NCBI RefSeq assembly: GCF_001194135.2
Contig: NC_069001.1
Coordinates: 6,121,154-6,153,861, forward strand
Source: Octopus bimaculoides
Taxonomy: Eukaryota
DNA length: 32,708 bases
Direction of reading: 5' to 3'
The position numbers were made by a program, and so were the translations under genes. Positions within the stretch are counted from its first letter, which is position 1, and each line of letters begins with the position of its first letter. Below, one piece after another: positions 9,728-21,330 of this stretch. The notes beneath the pieces were generated by a model. That model was not told the origin of the DNA. It worked only from the letters and a program-made list of their open reading frames with translations, and did no database searches.

Positions 9728-11055
9728 CTGAAATAAAACAAAAATGATAATAACAGAATCAGTTGAAAATATTGTCAATAATTCAACCAAGCTAAGCTAC
9801 TTCATATCTAAAGGTCAATAAAATAATTACCAATTAAGTACTGATGTTAATAAACTTGCATATATACCCATCCCTCAATATTAAGATTTGTCCCTATTTG
9901 AGAAATCAATAATACAGGCCATCAGAGTATAATCAGTTTATCTTGATATATCAAAAGAAGTATATAGTAATTGTAATGAAACCAGATGCAAAGATGATTA
10001 TAATAATGATAATGATGAGAAAGGATGGTAGCTTGGCATCAATGTTAACGCTCAAGTTAACTTGCATAAATGCAGAGGCAAGTTACATCACCATAAATGT
10101 TAGTATTCTCAGATCTTTATTTCAACAGTCACAAATAGATCTTATACAGACAAGGAAATGATCTCAGGGACAGTTTCTGCGTGAAAACCAAACGATAGCA
10201 GTCTTGGTATAGTAAAGAAAGAGATTTTGATAGATTAAAATTACACCTATTTTGAAGAAAATTTATCAGTAGAAAATATGAAGAGAGAGACGGAGACAAC
10301 CCTAAATTATATTTGTTGATTGTCTCCCCTGTTTTCTGAACCCAACCTGACCAATAAACTTGATTTATTCGGGTACTACATCTAGCCAAATCCTATTTTT
10401 AATAAATTTTAGTTTTAAAATATTAGGATTTTTTCTCCAGCATTTGTTGTTTATTAGAATTGATTATTAGGTTAATGATACTTTCTCCTCACCACGAGTG
10501 AAATTTTAATCAGATACTTTTCTAAAAGTATCACATCAAAAATACCACTAGCCTAATTTACTACTAATTAATGCCACGAATGACAAAGCCAAACTTTGCG
10601 GAGTCCGGATTAGAACAAAGAGATACTGAATTAGACGAAAGAAATTAAGTCGTGAAACCGTTTCTATATTTCCCAAATGTTTACAATAAATTATTTTATT
10701 TCAATGATACCAAGCGTGTAAATTTTATACAGGGTTTCATGCAAGCAAACATGTTTTACAAATGCTTTTTTTTTTCTTTCTTTTTTTCAATTAAATACTA
10801 ATAGTAATAGATATTTCTCTATAAATGCTTTGATTTAATTTAGTTATTTTATGAGAGTTAGAAATGTAAAAATAACAATATAGTTGGCTGGAAGGGAAAT
10901 AATAAAATATTATCCTGAGTTGCCTCCCATAACAACAGAAGGAATATGAATGAACTAGACATGCAAGGAGAGTTACGATGAATTAATTACGGGTCAAAAC
11001 CTGATATACCATAAATTGTCTGCCGCATATATACAATAAAACAATAGGTAGTCTC

Positions 11056-12496
11056 ACTACAAACCTATCTATCTGACCTCGCACATCAGCAAGGTCATGG
11101 AACGAATAGTCAGAAGAAAACTAATCGCTTTCCTTGAAGAAAATGACTTGCTGCCTGACGCCCAACATGGTTTCCGATCATGATGCTGCCTGTCTTCAGC
11201 TCTTACAACACTATGACTGGGTGCTGAAACAGCTGCTCAACCACTCAAATGTGGAAGTGATATATCTCGACTTTGCAAATGCCTTTGATAAAGTCGATCA
11301 TGGAATGATATGTCACAAACTGCGTGATCTCAGCATAGTTGGAAAATTGGGAGAATGGCTTCATGACTTTCTGAACGATAGAAGTCAGGTGGTAGTAGCC
11401 AATGGGGCCACCTCCAATAACACACAAATAGTGAGTGGTGTTCCGCAAGGCACTGTTTTGGGACCACTACTGTTCATAATGGCCCTCTCAGACATGCCCT
11501 CAGCCACACAGAGAGCCACGATCACAAGTTATGCAGATGATAAAAAGTCTCAGGTAATACAGAACCCTGAAGACACTATGCACCTGCAATGTGAGCTGGA
11601 TGAAATATACACGTGGACTGAAAAGAATAGCATGCAGTTTAATGCTGAAAAGTTTTAAGCCTTGTGCTATCAGCATGCAAAACTAAATGCAATACCCATT
11701 AAATACACTGGACCTGGAGAGATTGCAATCCCAGAGGCACAGTCAGTGCGAGACCTGGGCATTTATGAGTAATGATGCATCCTTCCATGCAAAATTGGCA
11801 ATGAAATGCAGGCAGCTGACCGGATAGATTCTTAGAACTTTTAGAACAAGAAACCAGGAAACCATGATGGTCTTCTGGAGGACACTTGTCCTAAGCCACT
11901 TTGACTATTGCTCTCAGCTATGGTCACCAACCAGTGTCAAATCTCAGAACAGCAGGCAATCCAACGAAGCTACACGAAGAAGATAGTCTCTATGCAGCAT
12001 ATAATCTACTGAGAAAGACTCAAGAGATTAAGACTCTATTCCTTTGAGCGTATGCGAGAAAGGTATGCCATAATATACATCTGGAAGGACTTGTCCCAAA
12101 CTTTGGTATTGAGAGTTACACAAATACTAGAACTGGGCGCCACTGCATAGTGCCAAGGACTCCAAATTTGCCATCAAGATATAGGACAAGATACTGCAAT
12201 AGCCTGGGCTTCAGAGGTCCACAGCTCTTCAATATCCTCCCGAAGGACCTGAGAGACCTGCATGGGGTGAATGTAGGTGTCTTCAAACTAAAGTTGGACC
12301 TCTTACTGTCAAGTGCATCAGATGAGCCAACTTCGTGGCAGGAGGTACAGATGAGGACAGCGGCATCAAACTCCCTCATACACCAAATGTCAATTCCTAA
12401 AAAGCATTTGTGAAGTAAAATTATGTAGCAACACCAAATGGCGGTGCCCCAGCATAGCTGAAGCTAGTGAGCTGAGACTAGACATGAAGGAAAAAT
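11056..12496 (+). mobile_element. 5'-truncated, degenerate CR1-like LINE (RT domain and 3' end), copy 1
   Basis: RT motifs YLDFANAFDKVDH, GVPQGTVLGPLLF and SYADD, followed by frameshifts and stops. The C-terminal region GPQLFNILPKDLR...KLDLL is present. The 3' tail ggcggtgccccagcat...gactag runs into (TA)n. Confidence 0.93.
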
Positions 12497-12593
12497 ATTT
12501 ATATATATATATATTTCTACATACACATATACATACAAATATATATATATATACATACAAGTATATACGTATATATACATGTATATATATATA

Positions 12594-13409
12594 NNNNNNN
12601 NNNNNNNNNNNNNNNNNNNNNNNNNNNNNNNNNNNNNNNNNNNNNNNNNNNNNNNNNNNNNNNNNNNNNNNNNNNNNNNNNNNNNNNNNNNNNNNNNNNN
12701 NNNNNNNNNNNNNNNNNNNNNNNNNNNNNNNNNNNNNNNNNNNNNNNNNNNNNNNNNNNNNNNNNNNNNNNNNNNNNNNNNNNNNNNNNNNNNNNNNNNN
12801 NNNNNNNNNNNNNNNNNNNNNNNNNNNNNNNNNNNNNNNNNNNNNNNNNNNNNNNNNNNNNNNNNNNNNNNNNNNNNNNNNNNNNNNNNNNNNNNNNNNN
12901 NNNNNNNNNNNNNNNNNNNNNNNNNNNNNNNNNNNNNNNNNNNNNNNNNNNNNNNNNNNNNNNNNNNNNNNNNNNNNNNNNNNNNNNNNNNNNNNNNNNN
13001 NNNNNNNNNNNNNNNNNNNNNNNNNNNNNNNNNNNNNNNNNNNNNNNNNNNNNNNNNNNNNNNNNNNNNNNNNNNNNNNNNNNNNNNNNNNNNNNNNNNN
13101 NNNNNNNNNNNNNNNNNNNNNNNNNNNNNNNNNNNNNNNNNNNNNNNNNNNNNNNNNNNNNNNNNNNNNNNNNNNNNNNNNNNNNNNNNNNNNNNNNNNN
13201 NNNNNNNNNNNNNNNNNNNNNNNNNNNNNNNNNNNNNNNNNNNNNNNNNNNNNNNNNNNNNNNNNNNNNNNNNNNNNNNNNNNNNNNNNNNNNNNNNNNN
13301 NNNNNNNNNNNNNNNNNNNNNNNNNNNNNNNNNNNNNNNNNNNNNNNNNNNNNNNNNNNNNNNNNNNNNNNNNNNNNNNNNNNNNNNNNNNNNNNNNNNN
13401 NNNNNNNNN
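12594..13409. other. Assembly gap (N run); others at 4460-4992, 14096-14158 and 19117-19126
   Basis: Runs of N. Confidence 1.
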
Positions 13410-13790
13410 ATACGCATGCATGTGTTTACAGACACACACACATTTACACGCATGCATGTGTATATAAACACACATTTATATGCATGCATGAGTATACAGA
13501 CACACATTTATATGCATGCATGTGTATACAGACACACATTTATACGCATGCATGTGTATATACACACATTTATACGCATGCATGTGTATACAGACACACA
13601 CATTTATACACATGCATGTGTATATAGACACATTTATACGCATGCATGTGTATATAGACACACACATTTATATGCATGCATGTGTATACAGACACACATT
13701 TATACGCATGCATCTATATATAGACAGACATACATTTATATGCATATGTATATAGACAGACATACATTTATATGTATGCATATGTATATA
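13410..13790. repeat. Minisatellite, about 28-32 bp unit (acacatttatacgcatgcatgtgtatacagac)
   Basis: About a dozen near-identical tandem units without unique spacers. It borders the gap at 12594-13409 and probably continues into it. Confidence 0.9.
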
Positions 13791-13824
13791 TATATATATA
13801 TTATATATATTATATATATATATA

Positions 13825-16650
13825 TTTTCTTTCCTCTAGTTTCTGCTCAGAGCCGCAGCCATGCTGATGCACCGCCGTTTGCTACACTGTTATTACTGAG
13901 AGCCTCCTCCAATATGTGGCGCTTGGTGAATGGAGTTTGATGTAGCTACCCTCATTGGCACCTCTTGCCGTGAGGTAGGTTCATCTGGAACTCTCGACAG
14001 GAAGAGGTCTAGCTTTGATTTAAAAACGCCTACATCTACTTTGTGCAGCTTTCTCAGGCTCTTTTGGGAGAATATTAAAAAGCTGTGGGCCCCTGNNNNN
14101 NNNNNNNNNNNNNNNNNNNNNNNNNNNNNNNNNNNNNNNNNNNNNNNNNNNNNNNNNNTCTTTGGTACTATGCAGTGTCGTCCCGTTCTGGCATTGGTGT
14201 AGCTTTCAATGCCAAAATTTGACACAATTCTTTCCAGGATCTTCCAGATGTATATTACTGCATACCTCTCCCGCCTTCTCTCCAGGGAGTAGAGTCTTAG
14301 CTGTTTCAGCCTTTCCCAGTAGCAAAGAGACGATCTTCTTTGTGAATCTTTTCTGGATTGCTTCAAGGTCCGCTGTTAATTTCACACTGGTGGGTGACCA
14401 TAGCTGTGAGCAGTAATCCAGGAGGCTGACGACGAATGTCCTCCATAGGACCATCACTGTTTCTTTATCTCTGGTTCTGAATGTTCTCAGGATCCATCCA
14501 GCCAGTCAGTTGTCTGCACTTTGTCGCCATCCTGGTAATGTGCACTTGGAAAGAGGTATCATCACTCATGTCGATACCCAGGTTCCTCACTGATTTAGGC
14601 TTTGGGATTGAAATTCCTTGCGGACCAGTGTACTCTGTAAGTTTCATATTCAATTTTGGACGCTGGTATCGGAGGGTTTGGAATTTTTCAGCATTAAACT
14701 GCATATTATTATCCTCAGTCCATCTGTAAATTAAGTCTAACTCCTGCTGCAGATTTGCAACATCACGGGTTCTGTATTTTCTGCAAGACTTTCATATCGT
14801 CTGCGTACTTGCAAGGGTGGCTATCAGGGCACTCTTGAGGGCATATCTGAGAGGGTCACTATAAAAAGCAGTGGTCCAAGGCAGTGCCCTGTGGAACACC
14901 GCTCACTATTTGTGTGTTCATAGAGGTGGCTCCATTAGCTACTACTGCTTGACTTCTATCTTTCAGAAAGTCATGTAACCACTCTCCAAGTTTTCCAGCT
15001 ATGCCAAGATCACGCAGTTTGTGGCATATCACACCATGATCCACTTTGTCAAAAGCTTTTTCAAAATCAAAGTATATTACGTTCACATTTGAGTTGTTTA
15101 GTAACTGCCTCAACACCCAGTCATAATGTTGTAAGAGCTGGGTCAGGCAGCTCCTACCTGATCGAAAGCCATGCTGGGTATCACTCAGCAAGTTATTTTC
15201 TTCAAGTAATGCGATTAGTTTTCCTCTGACTATCCGTTCCATGACTTTGCTGATGTGTGAAGTCAGATAGATAGGCCTATAGTTTTTGGCATCTGCTCTG
15301 CATCCCCCTTTATGGATTGGACATATTATTCTCTCCTTCAGCTTGCTTGGCAGTCTGCCATTTGCAAGAAAGCTCTGGAAGAGAATCTAGAGGGGTTTTG
15401 CCAGGGCATGCTTACGCGATTTGAGGAGGATTGCTGAGAAACCATCAGGACCAGCAGTTGAGTTTGTGTCCACTTCATCTATAGCTAGTAGTACATCCTC
15501 GCTAATGTCAATGTATTCCATCGTAACTGCCTCGCTGGTTATAGGAGAGGTGGCAAAGAAGTCCACTGGTTCATTTACTTGTCTGTGTTTCAACGTGGTG
15601 GTGAAGACACTTTTGAACTGGTCATTCAGTACCTCACTGATCCTAGTTGGACTGTCTGTGAGGGAGCCATCCTTTTCGAGGAGGGGTCTTATCTTGCAGC
15701 GTACTGAGGCTTTTTCTTTCGCGTAATGTAAGAAGGCCTTTGGATTTGACTTAATGTTTTTTATAACCCAGGCTTCTTTTTCTGCTCTCTCCCTCACATA
15801 GGATTGTTGCAGCCATTTTTCAATCTCTATCAGTGTCGTTTTGAGGCAGGGCCTTTCGCTACTTTTAGGATGCTGGTTGAGTCGATTTGCAACCTTTGTC
15901 CATCGTCTCATGAGGATCTTCTTCTCCCTTGGAATCTTGTTCATATTTGTTTTGGCCTTATGCTCTGGGACATATTTCTGGCAATATGGCTTGCACAATA
16001 GACATGAAACATTCTAGTTTCATGTCAATGTCTGGTGTAGAGAGACATTTTGGCCAATCCTCTCTGAGGATCTCTTTCTGCATCGATTTCCAGTCTGCTT
16101 TGTGTAAGTTCAGATTAGAGAGATTTCGGTTGCTTCCATTAGGCTGTATGACTCTGGTTACTTTCGGCCCAAACATAGACAGCTCTATTATGTTGTGATC
16201 CGAGACTAATGTCAGCGTCACTTTCACATCATGAATGATGTCCATATTGTTCGTGAAGCAGAAATCCAGAATGTTATTCGCTCTAGTTGGTCTGAGAACA
16301 GCTTGCTCCATGAATAGGGCATTGGTGAGGTTGAGCAGGGACCCCACCTGTGCTTGCTTGCGCTGAGTCATTCCTGAAAGTATGAGACCTTCGGGCCATT
16401 TGACGTAGGGGAAGTTGAAATCACCCTAAGAAATATGGTCACGTGGTGTTCCATTTTCATGAGGATTTCTTTAATTCTTGTGAGGCAATCTTCAAATTTG
16501 CCTATGTGGTTTGAAGCATCTGGTGGGCAATATGTATTGCATATGACTATATTATGTTGTCTTATGTATACAATTAGAGTGTCACGTACCGAATTTGAGT
16601 ATGACAGTAAGACCTGGGGTGTGAGGTCGTCACATTTGGGCAATATTTAA
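13825..16650 (-). mobile_element. 5'-truncated, degenerate CR1-like LINE (end of AP endonuclease, RT, 3' end), copy 2
   Basis: Endonuclease motifs GDFNFP, TRANNILDFCF and SDHNIIE. RT motifs QHGFRSGRSCLTQLL, YFDFEKAFDKVDH and GVPQG. Multiple frameshifts. Same family and 3' tail as copy 1, in the opposite orientation. Confidence 0.94.
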
Positions 16651-16854
16651 TGGATTATCACTCAAATTGTTAAGCAACATATTTGATGTCAATCAGGTTT
16701 TAGTGTTGCCTACATACCTTCTCTCATAGCACAGGCACTAGTGTTACTGTTTGTCAATTATATTTTACTCAAACTGAAAAATGTTAAACATTTGGCCCAA
16801 CCCTAAAATTGTTTTGGTTTTAGTATTAGAAAAACTTATACAAACAATACTGTG

Positions 16855-17000
16855 CTGCTTGTTATTGTTGTTTGGCTCTGACTGAGCAGACCCACAATAG
16901 AAGCTACTCCAGCCATACTGTTGTTTTTCTTCTTAAGACTGTAGGGTATGATTTGCAGGGCATATAGTAGCTATTTCTGATACATCAAGCAACTGCACAG
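16855..17000 (-). repeat. Dispersed repeat family 3 (probable SINE ending in aacaac); other copies at about 23570-23755 (+), 25140-25305 (+) and 25680-25730 (-)
   Basis: Shared agaaata.c...caaatca.accctac...tctt segments and an ...aaacaacaacaac tail. Confidence 0.6.
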
Positions 17001-17389
17001 AAACTTGCTTCAGTTGATAACTGCTCAAGTAGAGCTAAAGTGCAGAAGCAACTGTTCAAATATTATTTCACTAGTGCCATATTTCTGACCATATTTACTG
17101 TAAATTCATCCTGCAGTTTTAAACTTACATAGTGTGATTTCCTAATCTGAAAAGGATAGGTAGATGTAAGAAGGAGATTTTGCTACAGATCTTTTTTGTT
17201 ATTTGTACAGTTACATTAGGCATTGATAAGTGTACATCTGTATGACAAATTAGTTGAGAAAACAAATCATATTAGAAAAATATCCCTTAAATCTAATTTG
17301 TGTTGCTTTTGTTGATAATAGCTTAATGGTTGATTTTTCTCTCAGTCTTTTAGTAACTCAGATGCCACAAAAATTTTAACTGAATGAAC

Positions 17390-17501
17390 CCCAGCATTTT
17401 TTTTTTTTTTTAAGCCTGGTACTTGTTCTATCATTCTCTTTTGCCGAACCATTAAGTTATGGGGATGTAAAAACACCAACACCAGTTGTCAAACAATAGT
17501 A

Positions 17502-17544
<43 letters not shown>

Positions 17545-17582
17545 CGCACAATGAGTTTCTTCAAGTTTCTGTCTACCAAATT
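17390..17582 (-). mobile_element. SINE fragment with internal (CA)n (family 1)
   Basis: Matches 19140-19335 (agcct.gtactt.ttc.atc..tctcttttgccgaa...) and shares gtttc.gtctaccaaat with 21222-21240. Confidence 0.75.
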
Positions 17583-17769
17583 GGGAATGCACAATAGTAT
17601 TTTAAGGGCCCCTGAAAAAATTTTGCTTTAAGTGTATGTATTTGTATATATTGCAAGAAACAACTAGGTTTCTTTCTCTAACATTTTACATAGTTCTACC
17701 TACACATATTAATGTGCAAAACAAAATAGGAATTTTGAAAGAAACTTCTATAAAATTAGTTTTTGAACA

Positions 17770-17852
17770 TTGAATGGCTATAGGGGTCCACCAGAATAAA
17801 ATAGTAATCAAAAGGATCCATAGATTAAAAAAATGGCTGAGAACTCCTGAGT
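17770..17852. mobile_element. Possible hAT-MITE end fragment
   Basis: ggggtcc...aaaggatccatag...aaaaaatggctgagaactcctg resembles the right end of the MITE at 4291-4456. No convincing left TIR was found. Confidence 0.35.
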
Positions 17853-18256
17853 TAAATGAACCTTCCTCTATTCCTTCTGTCAGTCTCTCCTTGGAGGCCC
17901 TGGAAACCATCATGGGTCCTGCCCTTCCCTCCCTATGAGATATGATAAAAATACTTCATTCCACTCATACTTTTCACAATCCATCACCTAATCCACCCAC
18001 ACCCACATAATGTCAAAATGTCATTCGGTATCTATATTCCCTCCCATATAACCCTCTGAAAGTATTGCAGGAACATTCTTCATATATATATATATATATA
18101 TATATATTGCTCTATGTACCTTGGAGAGTTCCAATATCTAGTTCTCATGTGAAAGTAATTAGACCCACTTTGTACCATCACCATTATATCTGATCCCTCC
18201 TATGCTAAACTCCTCCTATACTAAAACTCCTCCTCCCAAGGTGTAGATAAAGGAAG

Positions 18257-18295
<39 letters not shown>

Positions 18296-18451
18296 CTCCA
18301 GCATCAACAGATAAATAGATGAAGGTATGCAAAGGGGAAGGAAGAAAAGAAGAGGTTACCTACAAGTAGCACCCACCAGCACCCAGCCATTAAAATACTC
18401 TATTTACTTCTTTTTCCTCTTCAGTAAGTGGTAAACAAGAATGAGGTTAGC

Positions 18452-18470
18452 AGGTCACTTGACCTATTTT
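18452..18470. promoter_or_regulatory. Candidate nuclear-receptor element: perfect AGGTCA-CT-TGACCT palindrome, overlapping a RORE/RevRE
   Basis: The plus strand reads AGGTCACTTGACCTATTTT. The minus strand gives AAAATAGGTCA, matching WAWNTRGGTCA. Sequence match only. Confidence 0.4.
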
Positions 18471-18636
18471 GTTGGAAGTAACTAGTTACAATTTATGACT
18501 GGTAAACACATTTACACACACTGTGGCATGCACAATAGAAATACAGTTATGCCTTACAGATATATATACACACACATACACAAGTGATCAATAAGTACTC
18601 TCTCACTCTCTCTATCACACACACACACGCATACAA

Positions 18637-18676
<40 letters not shown>

Positions 18677-19075
18677 CTCTTAATATAGCATAGTGAAAGA
18701 ACTATCCATTACACACTCCACAGCTAATGACAATTGTAAGGATTAATTATATGCAGAGAAAAATACTATTGTCCTTTTCTTTCCTCTTCTGTGACTTAGT
18801 CAAAAACATTTTTTTTTTTTCTTCACTTGTCTGAGCAGTCAGAGGTCCTTTGCTTGACTTCATAATTGTAGGTCATGAGTTCAAACTATAAGTATATTTG
18901 TAGCTTGGGTAGGAAGGAGAGGCAGATTTTGTTTGTCTCAAAAAATAAAGTAGAACTTTACAGGATGACTAGGTGACCTCTTTCAATTGCCATTACCAAC
19001 AGTCAATGCTATGTGTGTGTGGATGTAAGTATGTAAAGTGTACACACACATAATATACACAGAAGTTCATTATAA

Positions 19076-19116
<41 letters not shown>

Positions 19117-19129
19117 NNNNNNNNNNGTG

Positions 19130-19335
19130 TGTGTGTGTGTGTTCTTTTACTTGTTTCAGTCATTTGACTGCAGCCATGCTGGGGTACTGCCTTTAGTCAA
19201 GCAAATCTACCCCAGGACTTATTTTTTTGTAAGCCTAGTACTTATTCAATCAGTCTCTTTTGCCGAAATGCTAAGTTACAGGGATGTAAATACACCAGCA
19301 TCGGTTGTCGAGCGAATTTGGGGGGAAAAACACAG
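19130..19335 (-). mobile_element. SINE 3' half (family 1) with LINE-like tail
   Basis: Homologous to 17390-17500 and, inverted, to 21020-21187. The minus strand ends aaaggcagtaccccagcatggctgcagtcaaatgactgaaacaagtaaaag. Confidence 0.8.
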
Positions 19336-20104
19336 ACATAAACATATGTCTATGCATGCATCATCATCATAATTTAACATCTATCTTCCATGATGGCATG
19401 GGTTGGACTGTGTATGTATGTATAAAACTAATGAACTTTTCTGCCTGACTAGCTTTCAAATTCAGAATCCTTAAAATCCCAAAAATACATGCTGTGATTC
19501 AGAGAGGGGTCATGCCCCAAAGTTAAAAAAAGAAAAGAAATAGTCAACACTTTTTCAGAGTAGCTTCCAAAACATACATGCATACACAATTTTTTTTTTT
19601 TTTCTTTATGAATGACACACAACTATTTTCAAATTATCTTAATCTATTTCCCTGACACTATTTTAGTGTTTTTTTTTTCATCCCTCTATTACCTGATCCA
19701 GAGCAACTACATTGTGTTCATATCAGCTTGAACTTTCATTGCCTGTACTTTACTTTTGAGGGGTTTTTTTTTTGTTTTAGTTTCTTTCTTTCTTTTTTCA
19801 CCCAAACATAACCTTTTACCTAATTTATGTATTTAGAAGTGGTGGGATTATAACAGCTTTTATTTGGTTAGTTCTTTAGAGTTTAACCTAATTCCATGAA
19901 ACACCTACATTCTCAAATGTGTGTACACACATACATATAGCTTTTAATTCTCCTGTAAATATAGGTTAGTAAAAGTAAATTCAATTTCATTGAATTTTCT
20001 CAGATTTTATTGCTAAAATATTTTCAATATTTGTACATTCATAAAAGAGGGAACTTGCATATGCTAACATGAAAGGGAGGAGGCCATCAATTTTCCCATA
20101 TATA

Positions 20105-20332
20105 TTAACCCTTTAGTATTCAGGTTACACTGTCAAATTTAATGCTTATTTATTCACATTGTTTTGAATTAATCATGCATTATGTTGTAGTTTCAAGATT
20201 TCGATGAAGTGATAGCTTATTATTAGAATACTATTGTGGGGTATGTGTGAGAGGTGAGATCTAGCCATGTTGAACACAAAACAGGTAGAATATTTGACTC
20301 TGATATGGCTGGTTTCAATGCTAAAGGGTTAA
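20105..20332. mobile_element. piggyBac-type MITE (220 bp, 20109-20328) flanked by TTAA
   Basis: TTAA|CCCTTTAGTATT ... AATGCTAAAGGG|TTAA. The terminal inverted repeats have one mismatch, CCC/GGG termini and a TTAA target duplication. No ORF. Confidence 0.85.
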
Positions 20333-21019
20333 ATAGTTAACCATATATTTACTTGGCTATTAAACATATCTTTTAAAAATTCAGTTAAAACATGGCATTA
20401 GTGTAATGACCATAACTATAACCACCATTGTTGTTAACATCAGAGGAGATGGAGTAGAGGAGGAGATATAGATTCCTCAAATTGAAGAAAACCAAATGAA
20501 AAATAGAATGTAGAGTGGTTTTGGTCCAAGAGTTGAACTTATTAGTTGATCTACATAGAAATTAAACTAGTATCTAAGAGACAATGAACTGACTACATTA
20601 AAAATATACAAAAGACTAACTGGCTTAGCATACAACATAATACAGAAATCAATATCAGTGACCATGTTCAATAATGTCATCTCCACACAGCTCCTTAAAT
20701 ATTTGTGGAACTAGAAGTTTATTACGTAGATTTTGTAAATATGCATTATGCTCCTAATCCAGAGGATAATAGGAAGAACATGAATGGTTAAGTATAATGA
20801 CAAAGGTAGAAACTGAAATCAGATTATGGTTTGGCTAGATTTCACATTACATTTCATCATTTCATGCAGTGTCTTCACTTCAAAGGTTTTAATCAATCCT
20901 ATCTACTTCAGGAATTGTTTCAGTTTTGTAGTTATTTTATTGATTTATATTTACCAAATCACTAAGTTATGTATTTTGACAATTATAAATGCACCTGCGC
21001 ACACACACACACACACACC

Positions 21020-21330
21020 ACTTGACATTTTGTGTTGGTTTTTCTTCCCATAACTTAGTGGTTCAGTAAAACGAGAACTAATAGAATAAATACCTAACTT
21101 ATAATAAGTACTGGGATCAGTTTGATCACTAAACCCATTAAGGTTGTGCCTCAGCATGGCTGCAGTCCAATAACTGAAAGAATAAAATACACATACACAC
21201 ACATAACAGCCTTTTTCACAGTTTCCATCTACCAAATTCTACTTAGAAGATATTAATCAACCCAAAGCAACAACAGAAGGCAATTGCCTAAGGTCCACTC
21301 AGTGGAATCAATATCAGGAGCCATGTAATC
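21020..21330. mobile_element. SINE family 1: 3' half on + (21020-21187) abutting a 5' half on - (about 21215-21330)
   Basis: cataacttagtggttc...cagcatggctgcagtc...actgaaag, followed by tttccatctaccaaatt...tgcctaaggt, which is similar to 23450-23570 and 26865-27020. Confidence 0.7.

Noticed and set aside
13410-13790. CRISPR-like array of ~30-bp repeats
   Set aside because: No unique spacers, no cas genes, and a eukaryotic context; it is a minisatellite.
11056-16650. LINE copies as active or domesticated ORFs
   Set aside because: Both are 5'-truncated with multiple stops and frameshifts, and no TSDs were identified.
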